Of a stretch of DNA of 64,000 bases, positions 29,893 through 39,619 are shown in pieces. The stretch comes from an uncultured Thermoleophilia bacterium. Lineage in GTDB: Bacteria; Actinomycetota; Thermoleophilia; UBA2241. The stretch spans positions 320,001-384,000 of the forward strand of contig CAVQSP010000014.1 of NCBI GenBank assembly GCA_963715985.1, read 5' to 3'. A program made the position numbers and the translations under genes. Below the pieces are notes generated by a model that saw nothing but the letters and a program-made list of their open reading frames with translations, did not search any database and had not been told where the DNA came from. Every line of letters begins with the position of its first letter. The stretch's first letter is position 1.

Positions 29893-30297
29893 ATGGGCGT
29901 GAAGAAGAGCGGATCGCAGGAGAGCACGTCTCCTTCGCAGCTGATAGACGCGAGGATCAAGGAGCTGGGCGACTGGCGTGGCGAGATGCTCGGCCGGCTC
30001 CGCACCTTGGTCAAGGAGGCCGATCCCGAGATCATCGAGGAGTGGAAGTGGAGAGGAGTCCCGGTCTGGTACCACGACGGGATGGTCTGCACCGGCGAGA
30101 CCTACAAGGACCATGTGAAGATGACCTTCGCCAAGGGCGCGGCTCTGGAGGATCCTTCGGGTCTCTTCAACTCCGGTCTCGACGGGAACGTCAGGCGGGC
30201 CATCGACTTCCATGAGGGCGAGCAGATAGACGAGCAGGCGTTGAAGACTCTCGTTCGCGCCGCCGTCACTCTGAACAAGTCCACAGCCCGAAGCTGA
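29893..30297 (+). CDS. DUF1801-family protein
   Basis: LIDARIKELGDWRGE, EEWKWRGVPVW, MTFAKGAAL, RRAIDFHEG. Confidence 0.88.
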   Translation: MGVKKSGSQESTSPSQLIDARIKELGDWRGEMLGRLRTLVKEADPEIIEEWKWRGVPVWYHDGMVCTGETYKDHVKMTFAKGAALEDPSGLFNSGLDGNVRRAIDFHEGEQIDEQALKTLVRAAVTLNKSTARS

Positions 30298-30337
30298 TCC
30301 ACGGACTGGCGATAGGCCGCAAGGCCCGCCCATTGAC

Positions 30338-30421
30338 GCCTGACAAGCGCCTCGCGCGGGCGGCCGGAGCCTGAAGCCACCTGTAGGCGCGTAGGCCGCC
30401 GTCAAGGCACTCGCGTCCGAC
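30338..30421 (+). repeat. attC site 19 (highly degenerate; last in the array)
   Basis: GCCTGAC AAGCGC..GTCCGAC; same length class, weak arms. Confidence 0.5.
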
Positions 30422-30526
30422 GAGCGTGCCGCTCCTACCGCGCGGCAAGGCTCACCGCCGGAGAGTCGCTCCGGCCTGCGCTAGGGTGTCCGTATCACTT
30501 GCTCGCAGTCGCCGTTGCACGATACG

Positions 30527-30551
30527 ATATCGACTTGTCATCAGTCGATAT
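30527..30551. promoter_or_regulatory. Perfect 9-bp inverted repeat, probable operator
   Basis: ATATCGACT-N7-AGTCGATAT just upstream of the MFS gene. Confidence 0.6.
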
Positions 30552-30569
30552 GGCAACCCCGCACACCGG

Positions 30570-31901
30570 ATGCGACCCACGGACGACGCCTCGACACGCA
30601 TCACCATCTCGGTCAGCTTCTACCGCGGCTGGCTGGTCACGTTCGCTGCGGCGGGGATGGGCCTCGTGCTCGGCATCCTGTACGTGTGGAGTGTGGTGAG
30701 GGCCGGCATCCCCGCCTCGTGGGGCTGGAGCAAGGCCGACATGGCCCTTCCGTACTCCACGATGTGCGCCTTCTTCGCGATCACGATGATCCCGGCCGGC
30801 CGGCTCCAGGACCGTTTCGGGCCGCGCATCGCGCTGCTCGTGGGCGGGTCTCTCGCCGGCCTCGGGTGTGTGGTGTGCGGGCTCGGAGGCTCGTCGCTGG
30901 CCGTGTACGTCGTCGGCTTCGGCCTGCTCACGGGCAGCGGCGTCGGCTTCGGCTACGCCGCCACCACGCCGGCGTCGCTCAAATGGTTCCCGCCCGAACG
31001 CACAGGGCTCATCGCCGGCATCGTGGTGGCCGGCTTCGGCCTCGCGCCGGTCGTGCTCGCGCCCCTGTCTGCCTGGCTGCTGGACGCCTTCGCCACCACG
31101 ACGGCGGCCGGGACTGTGGAGAAGGGCGTCCCGGCCACCATGATCGCCCTCGGCGTGCTCATCTGGGCGGTGGTCGGCGGGCTTTCGCTGTTCGTGCGCA
31201 ACCCGCCCGAGGGTCTGCTGCTGGACCCGCCACACGCCCGCCGGCAGGTCGCGGGGCGGCCGGTCGCGGCCGACTTCTCGTGGCAGGCCATGCTTCGCAC
31301 CGCTCAGTTCTGGCTGCTCTTCACCATGTACTTCTTCGGCGCCGCCGCGGGGCTCATGTTCATCTCCGTGGCCTCGGACCTCGGCAAGCACGCCCTGGGC
31401 ACGCTGGCCTTTCTGGCGGTGGTGGTGCTCGCCGTGGGCAACAGCAGCGGCCGCATCCTCGCCGGCGTGGTGTCCGACAGGATCGGCCGCCAGTGGACGC
31501 TGCTCGCCGAGTTCGTGTGCCAGGGTGTGGTGGTCGCCGCGCTCTACGAGCTCAGTGGAAGCGGCGGCACGTGGCCGGCCGTCCTCGCCGTGGTCTTCCT
31601 GCTCGGCTTCAACTACGGGGCCAACCTGGCCGTCTTCCCGGCCGTCTGCAAGGACTACTTCGGCCTCCGCGACTTCGGGCTCAACTACGGCTGCCTCTTC
31701 GCCGCCTTCGGCACGGCCGGGCTCATCATGCCGTGGCTCAACGGCTTCATCCAGGATGCCACCGGCTCCTCGGACCTGTCGTACGCTCTCGTCGTCGGCC
31801 TCATGGCCCTCGCCGCCGTGCTGGCCGTCGTGAGCCGTCTCGTCGGCCGGCCCCGCCTGCGCCCGGTGCCGGCCGGGCTTCCCGATGCAGGAGTGCGGTA
31901 G
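30570..31901 (+). CDS. OFA (oxalate/formate antiporter)-family MFS transporter
   Basis: LGILYVWSV, AGRLQDRFGPR, KWFPPERTG, GRILAGVVSDRIGR, DYFGLRDFGLNYG. Confidence 0.88.
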   Translation: MRPTDDASTRITISVSFYRGWLVTFAAAGMGLVLGILYVWSVVRAGIPASWGWSKADMALPYSTMCAFFAITMIPAGRLQDRFGPRIALLVGGSLAGLGCVVCGLGGSSLAVYVVGFGLLTGSGVGFGYAATTPASLKWFPPERTGLIAGIVVAGFGLAPVVLAPLSAWLLDAFATTTAAGTVEKGVPATMIALGVLIWAVVGGLSLFVRNPPEGLLLDPPHARRQVAGRPVAADFSWQAMLRTAQFWLLFTMYFFGAAAGLMFISVASDLGKHALGTLAFLAVVVLAVGNSSGRILAGVVSDRIGRQWTLLAEFVCQGVVVAALYELSGSGGTWPAVLAVVFLLGFNYGANLAVFPAVCKDYFGLRDFGLNYGCLFAAFGTAGLIMPWLNGFIQDATGSSDLSYALVVGLMALAAVLAVVSRLVGRPRLRPVPAGLPDAGVR

Positions 31902-32714
31902 ATGGCCATCGTCACGATCTCGAGGGGCACGTACACCGGCGGCATCGCCGTGGCCGAGGCGCTCGCCGCCGAGCTCGGCCACCCCTGCGTGAGCCGCGAG
32001 GTCGTGAGGGACGCGGCGCAGGAGTCGGGCGTGGCGGAGGGCAGCCTGCAGGCCACGCTCGAGGAGCCGCCGCGCTTCTGGCAGAAGACGCCCGGCAAGA
32101 TCCCCGCCCACCTCAACCTGGTGCGCACGGCGCTCCTGAAGCGCGCGCAGGGCGGCGATCTCGTCTATCACGGCTACGCCGGGCATCTCCTGCTGAGAGG
32201 GGTCCCGCACGTGCTGCGCGCGCGCATCATCGCCGACGACGCCTCGCGCGTGGCCGCGGCGATGCGCGACAAGGGCCTCACTGAGAAGCAGGCCATCGAG
32301 TTCGTGCGCAAGCTCGACGTACAGCTCGCCAAGTGGACCAGGTTCCTGTACGGCGTCGACTGGCAGGACCCGTCCCTGTACGACGTGGTGCTCGACCTCG
32401 AGCGCATGAGCGTGGAGGAAGCGGCGGCGACCCTCGCAGGTATGACTCGTCTGGACGCGTTCCAGCCGACGGCGGAGGGCCGCAAGGCCTTCGCCGACCT
32501 GCTGCTGAGCAGCACGGTGTGGGCGGCGCTCAGCGCGGATCCGCGCACCCGGTCCGCCAACATCCGCGTAGCCGCCGCCGGCGGCGCTGTTTTCATCTCT
32601 GGCTCAGCGGGCAACGAACGCGTACTGAGAGCCGTCACGGAGGTGGCTTCGCAGGTTCCCGGCGTCACCGACGTCACCAGCGAAGTCGGTGTCGGCGCGC
32701 ACTGGCAGTGGTGA
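31902..32714 (+). CDS. Cytidylate kinase-like protein with C-terminal BON domain
   Basis: MAIVTISRGTYTGG, YGVDWQDPSLYDVVL, ASQVPGVTDV. Confidence 0.85.
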   Translation: MAIVTISRGTYTGGIAVAEALAAELGHPCVSREVVRDAAQESGVAEGSLQATLEEPPRFWQKTPGKIPAHLNLVRTALLKRAQGGDLVYHGYAGHLLLRGVPHVLRARIIADDASRVAAAMRDKGLTEKQAIEFVRKLDVQLAKWTRFLYGVDWQDPSLYDVVLDLERMSVEEAAATLAGMTRLDAFQPTAEGRKAFADLLLSSTVWAALSADPRTRSANIRVAAAGGAVFISGSAGNERVLRAVTEVASQVPGVTDVTSEVGVGAHWQW

Positions 32715-32735
32715 GCGGAGAGGAGCGATGGACCC

Positions 32736-33095
32736 ATGAGCGAAGCCGGAGTGGTGGGCAGCAAGGACGACGTGGCCGTGGTGGTCATGGCCGGCGAGGG
32801 CATCGCCGACGTGGGCAAGCGCGTGCTGGTGTCGCCGGCCGAAGGCTGGGACGGCTGGGTCATGCGCCTCTTCGACGTCGGGCCCGGTGGCCACACGCCG
32901 CGCCACGCGCACCCGTGGCCGCACATCAACTTCGTCGCCGCGGGGTCGGGCACGCTCCACGTGGGTGGCCGGGACCACCAGCTGGTGGCGGGCAGCTATG
33001 CCTACGTGCCCGCCGACGTGGAGCACCAGTTCCTCGCCGCCGACGGTGAGCCGCTCTCCTTCGTCTGCATCGTCCCCGCGGAGGGCGACTACTGA
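32736..33095 (+). CDS. Cupin-domain protein
   Basis: GGHTPRHAHPWPH, VPADVEHQF. Confidence 0.85.
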   Translation: MSEAGVVGSKDDVAVVVMAGEGIADVGKRVLVSPAEGWDGWVMRLFDVGPGGHTPRHAHPWPHINFVAAGSGTLHVGGRDHQLVAGSYAYVPADVEHQFLAADGEPLSFVCIVPAEGDY

Positions 33096-33218
33096 GCCTG
33101 CGGACCGGCCGCGCGGCCCGTCCTTGAAAAGCGCGGCCGTGGGGAATCTACTAGCGGTCAGCCGTACGGCCCACGACAACGACGATGCCCGCGCCAGGGC
33201 GAAGCTGGCGCAAGGAGC

Positions 33219-34379
33219 GTGATCACGATGCCCGGTGCCTCCGCGAGTCGGCTGGCGCAGCTTCACAGATTCGGCCAGAGCCCCTGGCTCGACCACATCG
33301 ACCGCGAGCTCGTGGCGCGCGGCGGTCTCAAGCGGCTGGTGGATCGCGACGCTCTCGGCGGCGTCACCACCAACCCGGCCATCTTCGAGAAGGCCGTGGC
33401 CTATGGCAAGGCATACGACCAGCAGATCCTCGAGCTCGCCCATGACGGCCTCGGCGCGGCCGAGATCCTCGACCGCCTCGCGGTGGACGACGTGCGCGCC
33501 GCCTGCGACGTGCTCGCCCCCGTGTACATGGGCAGCGGCGGCGAGGACGGCTTCGTGTCCATCGAGGTCGCACCCTCGCTGGCCTACGACGCGGCGGCCA
33601 CCATCGTCGAGGCACAACGCCTGTTCGCGGCCGTGGACCGGCCGAACGTCATGATCAAGATCCCCGGCACGGCGGAGGGCATCCCCGCGGTGCTCGAGGC
33701 CATGCGGCAGGGGCTCAGCATCAACATCACGCTGCTCTTCACCGTGGGGCACTACGAGGCGGCGGCCGACGCCTACCTGGACGCGCTCGAGTACCGCCTG
33801 CGGCGCGACCTCACGATCCGCGCCCTGTCCTCGGTGGCCAGCGTCTTCGTCTCGCGCGTGGACACGCTCGTGGACGCGGCCCTCGACGAGCGCATCGCCG
33901 CCGCCGGAGACGACCGGCGCCGCCTCGAGGCGCTCAAGGGCCGGGCCGGGGTGGCCAACGCCAAGGTCGTGTACGAGCGCTTCCGCAGCTACCTGGGCGG
34001 CCGCGACTGGCAACTCATCGCCGCCTCCGGCGCCAAGATCCAGCGGCTGCTGTGGGCCAGCACCGGGGTCAAGGACCCCGGGTATCCGGACGTCATGTAC
34101 GCCGACGAGCTCATCGGCGACCACACGGTGATCACGCTTCCCGAGGCGACGTGGAAGGCGTTCAACGAGCACGGCACGCCGGCACGCACGGCGGACCGCC
34201 ACATCGAGGACGCTCACCGCGTGGTCCGCGAGCTGGGCCGCCTCGGCATCGACGTGGACCGCCTCGGCGCGCAGCTGCAGGCGCAGGGCGTGGAGCTCTT
34301 CCGCGAGGCGTGGGACAGGGCCGTGGCGGTCGTCGAGGCCAGGCGCGCCGCGCTCCTCGGCCAGGAGGTGGGCACGTGA
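33219..34379 (+). CDS. tal: Transaldolase
   Basis: GQSPWLD, GVTTNPAIF, VSIEV, NVMIKIPGT, NITLLF, VASVFVSRVD, QRLLWASTG. Confidence 0.93.
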   Translation: MITMPGASASRLAQLHRFGQSPWLDHIDRELVARGGLKRLVDRDALGGVTTNPAIFEKAVAYGKAYDQQILELAHDGLGAAEILDRLAVDDVRAACDVLAPVYMGSGGEDGFVSIEVAPSLAYDAAATIVEAQRLFAAVDRPNVMIKIPGTAEGIPAVLEAMRQGLSINITLLFTVGHYEAAADAYLDALEYRLRRDLTIRALSSVASVFVSRVDTLVDAALDERIAAAGDDRRRLEALKGRAGVANAKVVYERFRSYLGGRDWQLIAASGAKIQRLLWASTGVKDPGYPDVMYADELIGDHTVITLPEATWKAFNEHGTPARTADRHIEDAHRVVRELGRLGIDVDRLGAQLQAQGVELFREAWDRAVAVVEARRAALLGQEVGT

Positions 34380-36053
34380 GCGTTCCCGACTTCACGGAGG
34401 CCGTGCGCGAGCGCCTGGCCGCCCTCGCCGCCGAGGACGTGCCCGAGCGCCTCTGGCAGGCGGACACCACGCTCTGGAAGGACGGCGACGCGGACCATCA
34501 GAAGATCGTCGCCGACTCGCTCGGCTGGCTCAGCGTGTTCGAGGCGGTCCGCGACGAGATCGGCGGCCTGCGCGCGTTCGTGGACGAGCTGCGCGCGGAG
34601 GGGTACCGCTCGGCGGTGCTGCTCGGCATGGGCGGCTCGAGCCTCGCGCCGGAGGTCATGCACGCCATCCTGGGCACGCGGCCCGGGTTCCTCGACCTGC
34701 ACGTGCTGGACTCCACCGACCCGGTCGCTGTGGCCGCCGTGGAGGCCGCGGTGGATCTGGAGACGACGCTGTTCATCGTCGCCAGCAAGTCCGGCGGCAC
34801 TACCGAGACGGCGTGCTTCCACGCCTACTTCTACGAGCGTTATGCAGGAGCTGGACGGGGAGCACGCCGGCCACCACTTCGTGGCCATCACCGACGAGGG
34901 CACGTCGCTCGAGCAGGAGGCGCTGGCGCAGCACTTCCGCGCCGTGTTCGTCAATCCGGGCGACATCGGCGGGCGCTACTCTGCCCTGAGCTTCTTCGGC
35001 ATCGTGCCCGCCGCCCTCATGGGCGCGGACCTGGAGCGCCTGCTCGACGGCGTCCGCGCGATGGCCGTAGCCTGCGGCCCGGACGTGGCCCCCGGCGACT
35101 CGCCCGGGCTGCGCCTCGGCGCCGCCATGGGCGAGCTCGCCCTGCGCGGCCGCGACAAGCTCACGCTCGTCTTCGAGGGTCCTCTGGCGCCGCTCGGCGC
35201 CTGGGTCGAGCAGCTCGTCGCCGAGAGCACCGGCAAGGAGGGCACCGGCGTCCTGCCGGTCGACCTCGAGCCGCTCGGCGAGCCGGAGGTCTACGGCGAC
35301 GACCGCGTCTTCGTCGCCGTGCGCCTCAAGGGGCAGCCGGATCCGGCGGCGACGGCGGCTCTGGCGCGGTTGCGCGACGCCGGCCACCCGCTGCTCGAGC
35401 ACGAGCTCGCCGACGAGTATGACCTCGGCGGTGAGTTCCTGCGCTGGGAGATCGCCACGGCCATCGCCGGTCACGTGCTCGGCATCGATGCCTTCGACCA
35501 GCCCAACGTGCAGGAGAGCAAGGACATCACCAAGCGTCTGCTCGAGGAGTACACGGAGATTGGCGAGCTGCCGGCCACCGCTCCCGCGGCGGACGGCGGC
35601 CGGCTCGTGTACCCGGTGGCCGACGAGGAGCTCCCGGCCGCGCTGGCCGCGTTCTTCGCGCAGGCCGCGGCCGGGGACTACGTCGCTCTGCAGGCCTACG
35701 TCACGCCGGGGGACGCCGCCTGGGAGGGCCTGCAGGCCCTGCGCCTGCGTCTGCGCGACGGCCTCCGCGTGGCCACCACCCTGGGCTACGGCCCGCGCTT
35801 CCTGCACTCCACCGGCCAGCTGCACAAGGGTGGGCCCAACACGGGCCTCTTCCTGCAGCTCCTGGGCCACGACCCCGAGGACCTCGCCATTCCGGGCCGG
35901 ACGTACAGCTTCGGTGTGCTCAAGCGCGCACAGGCCCGCGGCGACCTCACGGCGCTGCGCGCTCACGACCGCCGCGCCGTGCGCGTGTGTCTCGGCGACG
36001 ACGCGGCCGCCGGGCTCGCACTGCTGACCGGCCTTCTCGACGGGGTACTCTGA
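34376..36053 (+). CDS. pgi: Glucose-6-phosphate isomerase (apparent frameshift ~34840)
   Basis: LGMGGSSL, ASKSGGTTET, IGGRYSALS, EQLVAESTGK, FDQPNVQESK, GPRFLHSTGQLHKGG. Confidence 0.92.
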
Positions 36054-36096
36054 GTCCGGCGACGGAGGCGGCAGAGCCGTGGCGGTCCGGTAGGAG

Positions 36097-36282
36097 ATGA
36101 CGGTGGAGGACAACCTCCGCTTCGTCGCGGCGTCCGGGTTCGACGAGAGTCCGGACGAGGTGGAGGGCTGCGGCATGGCGGTCATCGGGGTCGCTGTGGA
36201 ACACAAGGTCACGGACATCCACGAGGCGCGCGCTCGGCTGGACGCCGAGGCAGAGCCCAGCCCGTGGCCAGACAGCCGGTGA
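36097..36282 (+). CDS. Small hypothetical protein
   Basis: RBS AGGAG, GC3 bias, stop overlaps the next gene. Confidence 0.4.
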   Translation: MTVEDNLRFVAASGFDESPDEVEGCGMAVIGVAVEHKVTDIHEARARLDAEAEPSPWPDSR

Positions 36283-36794
36283 GGCCTCGCCGCTGGGCGC
36301 TGCGGCGGCTGACGGCGGCCGACGCCCCAGCGCTCTTTCGCACCGTCGGCGATCCTGAGGCCATGCGTTTCTGGGCCCCGGGACCAGACTCCAGCGTGGC
36401 GGCCACCCGCGAGCGCATCGCCGCCATCGAGGCGCACTGGCAGGCCCACGGCTTCGGCGATCGGGCCGTGGTGAGTCGCGGCCTCGTCGTCGGGTTCGCC
36501 GGTCTTCACCTGATCCCCGACGTGGATGAAGTCAACATCGGCTGCGCTCTCGAGCGGTCGGCATGGGGCCGCGGGCTGGGGACGGAGGTGTATCGACGGC
36601 TTCTCGACTGGGGGTTCGGCCGTCTCGGTCTGCCCGAGGTGGTCGCCGTCATCGACCCCGAAAACGAGGCCTCGATCGCCCTGGCACGCACCTGCGGGCT
36701 GACGCTCTGGAAACGCTTCGAGTGGACCGGGCATGACCGGCTCGCCTACCGCGTCACCGCGGACGACTGGGCCGCGCGGGCGCGCCGGGCATAG
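36279..36794 (+). CDS. GNAT N-acetyltransferase (RimJ/RimL-like)
   Basis: LRRLTAADA, AWGRGLGTE, IDPENEASIALA. Confidence 0.85.
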   Translation: MRPRRWALRRLTAADAPALFRTVGDPEAMRFWAPGPDSSVAATRERIAAIEAHWQAHGFGDRAVVSRGLVVGFAGLHLIPDVDEVNIGCALERSAWGRGLGTEVYRRLLDWGFGRLGLPEVVAVIDPENEASIALARTCGLTLWKRFEWTGHDRLAYRVTADDWAARARRA

Positions 36795-36970
36795 CGGGCC
36801 GTCCGGCTCACGGGTGCGGCCCGCTGGGTGCCGGGTCCGGCCGGCGGCCGCCCGGGCGCACGACCCGATCCGGACGGGACGACCCCCGCGGGTTTGTTCC
36901 TCAATCTCCCCGGGCACGACCCCGACGACGTCGGCGTGCCGGGCGCGCCCGGAGGGACGAGGAGGTACTC

Positions 36971-37873
36971 ATGGACATGGCCATGGTCGGGCTCGGCCGT
37001 ATGGGCGGCAACATGGCGCGGCGCCTGTTGCGCGGCGGCCACCGCGTGGTGGTCTGGAACCGCACCTACGCCAAGGCCGAGGAGCTCGGCGGCGAAGGCG
37101 CCGAGCCGGTCCGTGAGCTGACGGACGTGGTGGCCGCGCTGCCCATGCCGCGCGTCATCTGGCTCATGCTCCCCTACGGCGGCCCGACGCAGGAGGCCAT
37201 CGACGAGCTCGTGCCGCTCCTCGATGAGGGCGACATCCTCATCGACGGCGGTAACTCCCCCTTCCAGCTCGACATCGAGCGCGGGGCCGCCCTGGCGGAC
37301 AAGGGCATCCGCTATCTCGACGCCGGCACCAGCGGCGGCGTTTGGGGCCTGGAGGTCGGCTACTGCCTCATGGTGGGCGGCGAGCGCTCGGCCTTCGACC
37401 ATATCGAGCCCATGCTGAAGACCCTCGCGCCGCCCGGCCACGGCTACGAGTACTGCGGCGGCCACGGCTCCGGCCACTTCGTGAAGATGGTCCACAACGG
37501 CATCGAGTACGGCATGATGCAGGCCTACGCCGAGGGCTTCGAGCTCCTCGAGGCGACCGACTGGGACCTCGACCTCGCCGCCATCGCCGACCTGTGGAAC
37601 CAGGGCAGCGTCGTGCGCAGCTGGCTGCTGGAGCTGGCCGCCGACGCCTTCAAGAAGGACCCGGGCCTGGAGAAGATCACCGGCTACGTCGAGGACACCG
37701 GCGAGGGGCGCTGGACGGTGGAGCAGGCCATCCAGCACAGCGTGCCCATGCCTGCCATCTCCGCAGCCCTGTTCATGCGCTTCCGCTCGCGGCAGCCCGA
37801 CACCTTCAGCGGCAAGGTCCTGGCCGCGCTGCGCAACGAGTTCGGCGGCCACGCCGTCCAGGAGAAGGGATGA
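36971..37873 (+). CDS. gnd: Decarboxylating 6-phosphogluconate dehydrogenase, short type
   Basis: GLGRMGGNM, DAGTSGGVWG, GHFVKMVHNGIEYG, GEGRWTV, LRNEFGGH. Confidence 0.95.
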   Translation: MDMAMVGLGRMGGNMARRLLRGGHRVVVWNRTYAKAEELGGEGAEPVRELTDVVAALPMPRVIWLMLPYGGPTQEAIDELVPLLDEGDILIDGGNSPFQLDIERGAALADKGIRYLDAGTSGGVWGLEVGYCLMVGGERSAFDHIEPMLKTLAPPGHGYEYCGGHGSGHFVKMVHNGIEYGMMQAYAEGFELLEATDWDLDLAAIADLWNQGSVVRSWLLELAADAFKKDPGLEKITGYVEDTGEGRWTVEQAIQHSVPMPAISAALFMRFRSRQPDTFSGKVLAALRNEFGGHAVQEKG

Positions 37874-37924
37874 ACGCCGTAGGACCTTCATCGTGTGGCG
37901 CGCCGCAGGAGCGCCGCGCGCACA

Positions 37925-39619
37925 ATGAGCGACGGCAGCGACTCGCCGCGCTACCGCGACGACGCCCCCGAGCCGCATATCGGCTACGAGGACGCGGACC
38001 GCTTCGGCGACGACGAGGGGCTGCGCATCGGCGGCCTGCCGCGGCTCGAGGAGGCGCCGTCGCCCTTCGGCGGCGAGCGCAACCCCGACTCGTGCAGCCT
38101 CGTCATCTTCGGCGTCACCGGCGACCTCACGTACCGCAAGCTCATCCCGGCGCTCTACGACCTCGGCTGTCACGGCGTGCTCCCGTTCGGCACCACGCTG
38201 GTCGGCTACGGCCGGCAGCCGCTCGACGACGACACGTTCCGTGAGCTCATGCGCAAGGCCATCGACGACCACTACGGCGAGGACGTCGTGGACGGCTCCC
38301 TCTGCGAGCGCATCCTGATGACGCCGAGGTACGTGCAGGGCGAGTTCGGCGACCCTGAGGGCTACACGCGCCTGGCCGCCACGCTGCAGGAGCTCGACAC
38401 CCGCGGCGGCCGCGGCAACCGCATGTTCTACCTCGCCACGCCGCCGAGCCAGTTCGAGCCCATCATCACGCAGCTCGGTGACAGCGGCCTGGCGCGCCCC
38501 GGCGCGTACGACGGCGCCCACGCCGAGGGCGAGCCCCGGCCCGGCTGGACGCGCATCGTCATCGAGAAGCCGTTCGGCCGCGACCTCACCACCGCGGAGG
38601 AGCTGGACCGAGTGATCGCCCGCGTCTTCGACGAGCGGCAGGTGTACCGCATCGACCACTACCTGGCCAAGGAGACGGTGCAGAACCTGCTGGTGCTGCG
38701 CTTCGGCAACGGCATCTTCGAGCCCATCTGGAACCGTCGCTACGTGGACTTCGTCGAGATCACCGCCGCGGAGACCCTGGGCGTGGAGCACCGCGGCCCG
38801 TACTACGAGGAGGCCGGGGCGCTGCGCGACATGATCACGCCGCACCTGATCCAGTTGTTCTCGCTCGTGGCGATGGAACCGCCGGTGGCGTTCGACGCCG
38901 ACGGCGTGCGCGACGAGAAGCTCAAGGTGCTGCGCGCCGTGCGGCCCATCCCGCACCACTTGGTGTCCCAGTGGGCGGTGCGCGCCCAGTACGTACAGGG
39001 CATCATCGACGGCGAGGAGGTGTCGGCGTACCGGGGGGAGGACCGGGTGGCGCCCGACTCGCACACCGAGACCTACGCCGCCGTGAAGTTCCTGGTGGAC
39101 AATTGGCGCTGGCAGGGCGTGCCGTTCTACCTGCGCACAGGCAAGCGCCTGGCCCGCCGCGTCACCGAGATCGCCATCCACTTCAAGCTGCCGCCGGTGC
39201 GGCTCTTCCGTGATGTCGCGGTCGGGCACGGCCTGCAGCACAACGTGCTCGTCCTCCGCGTCCAGCCGGACGAAGGCTTCTCACTCGGCATCGAGTCCAA
39301 GGTGCCCGGTCACGCCGTGGCCCTGCAGCCGGTGGCGATGGACTACTCCTACGGCACGACACTGCACGAACTGCCGTTCAGTGCCTACGAGACCGTGCTC
39401 GTTGACGCGATGGAGGGCGACATGACCCTGTTCACCCGCGGCGACCAGGCCGAGGAGGCCTGGCGGGTCGTCGGCCCCATCCTCGACGAGTGGGCTGCCA
39501 AGCCCGACCGTGAGATACCGATCTACGAGGCCGGTAGCTGGGGGCCGGAGGCGGCTGACTCGCTCATCGCCGCCGACGGCCACGCCTGGCGCCGACCATG
39601 GAAGGAAGGCGAGTCATGA
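37925..39619 (+). CDS. zwf: Glucose-6-phosphate 1-dehydrogenase
   Basis: IFGVTGDL, IEKPFG, RIDHYLAKETVQN, RWQGVPFYLRTGK. Confidence 0.95.
   Translation: MSDGSDSPRYRDDAPEPHIGYEDADRFGDDEGLRIGGLPRLEEAPSPFGGERNPDSCSLVIFGVTGDLTYRKLIPALYDLGCHGVLPFGTTLVGYGRQPLDDDTFRELMRKAIDDHYGEDVVDGSLCERILMTPRYVQGEFGDPEGYTRLAATLQELDTRGGRGNRMFYLATPPSQFEPIITQLGDSGLARPGAYDGAHAEGEPRPGWTRIVIEKPFGRDLTTAEELDRVIARVFDERQVYRIDHYLAKETVQNLLVLRFGNGIFEPIWNRRYVDFVEITAAETLGVEHRGPYYEEAGALRDMITPHLIQLFSLVAMEPPVAFDADGVRDEKLKVLRAVRPIPHHLVSQWAVRAQYVQGIIDGEEVSAYRGEDRVAPDSHTETYAAVKFLVDNWRWQGVPFYLRTGKRLARRVTEIAIHFKLPPVRLFRDVAVGHGLQHNVLVLRVQPDEGFSLGIESKVPGHAVALQPVAMDYSYGTTLHELPFSAYETVLVDAMEGDMTLFTRGDQAEEAWRVVGPILDEWAAKPDREIPIYEAGSWGPEAADSLIAADGHAWRRPWKEGES

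Larger units (their letters stand above)
10284..30421 (+). mobile_element. Chromosomal integron with a ~18-19 cassette array
   Basis: intI followed by 18 related attC hairpins spaced between short, functionally unrelated ORFs; no transposase nearby. Confidence 0.92.

Noticed and set aside
12546-30421. Repeats read as a CRISPR array, REP elements or terminators
   Set aside because: They are separated by whole genes, have R''/L''/L'/R' architecture with extrahelical bases, and no cas genes are present.
36795-36965. GC-rich hairpins upstream of gnd as a riboswitch or attC
   Set aside because: No R boxes or recognisable aptamer motifs; pairing is expected at this GC content.
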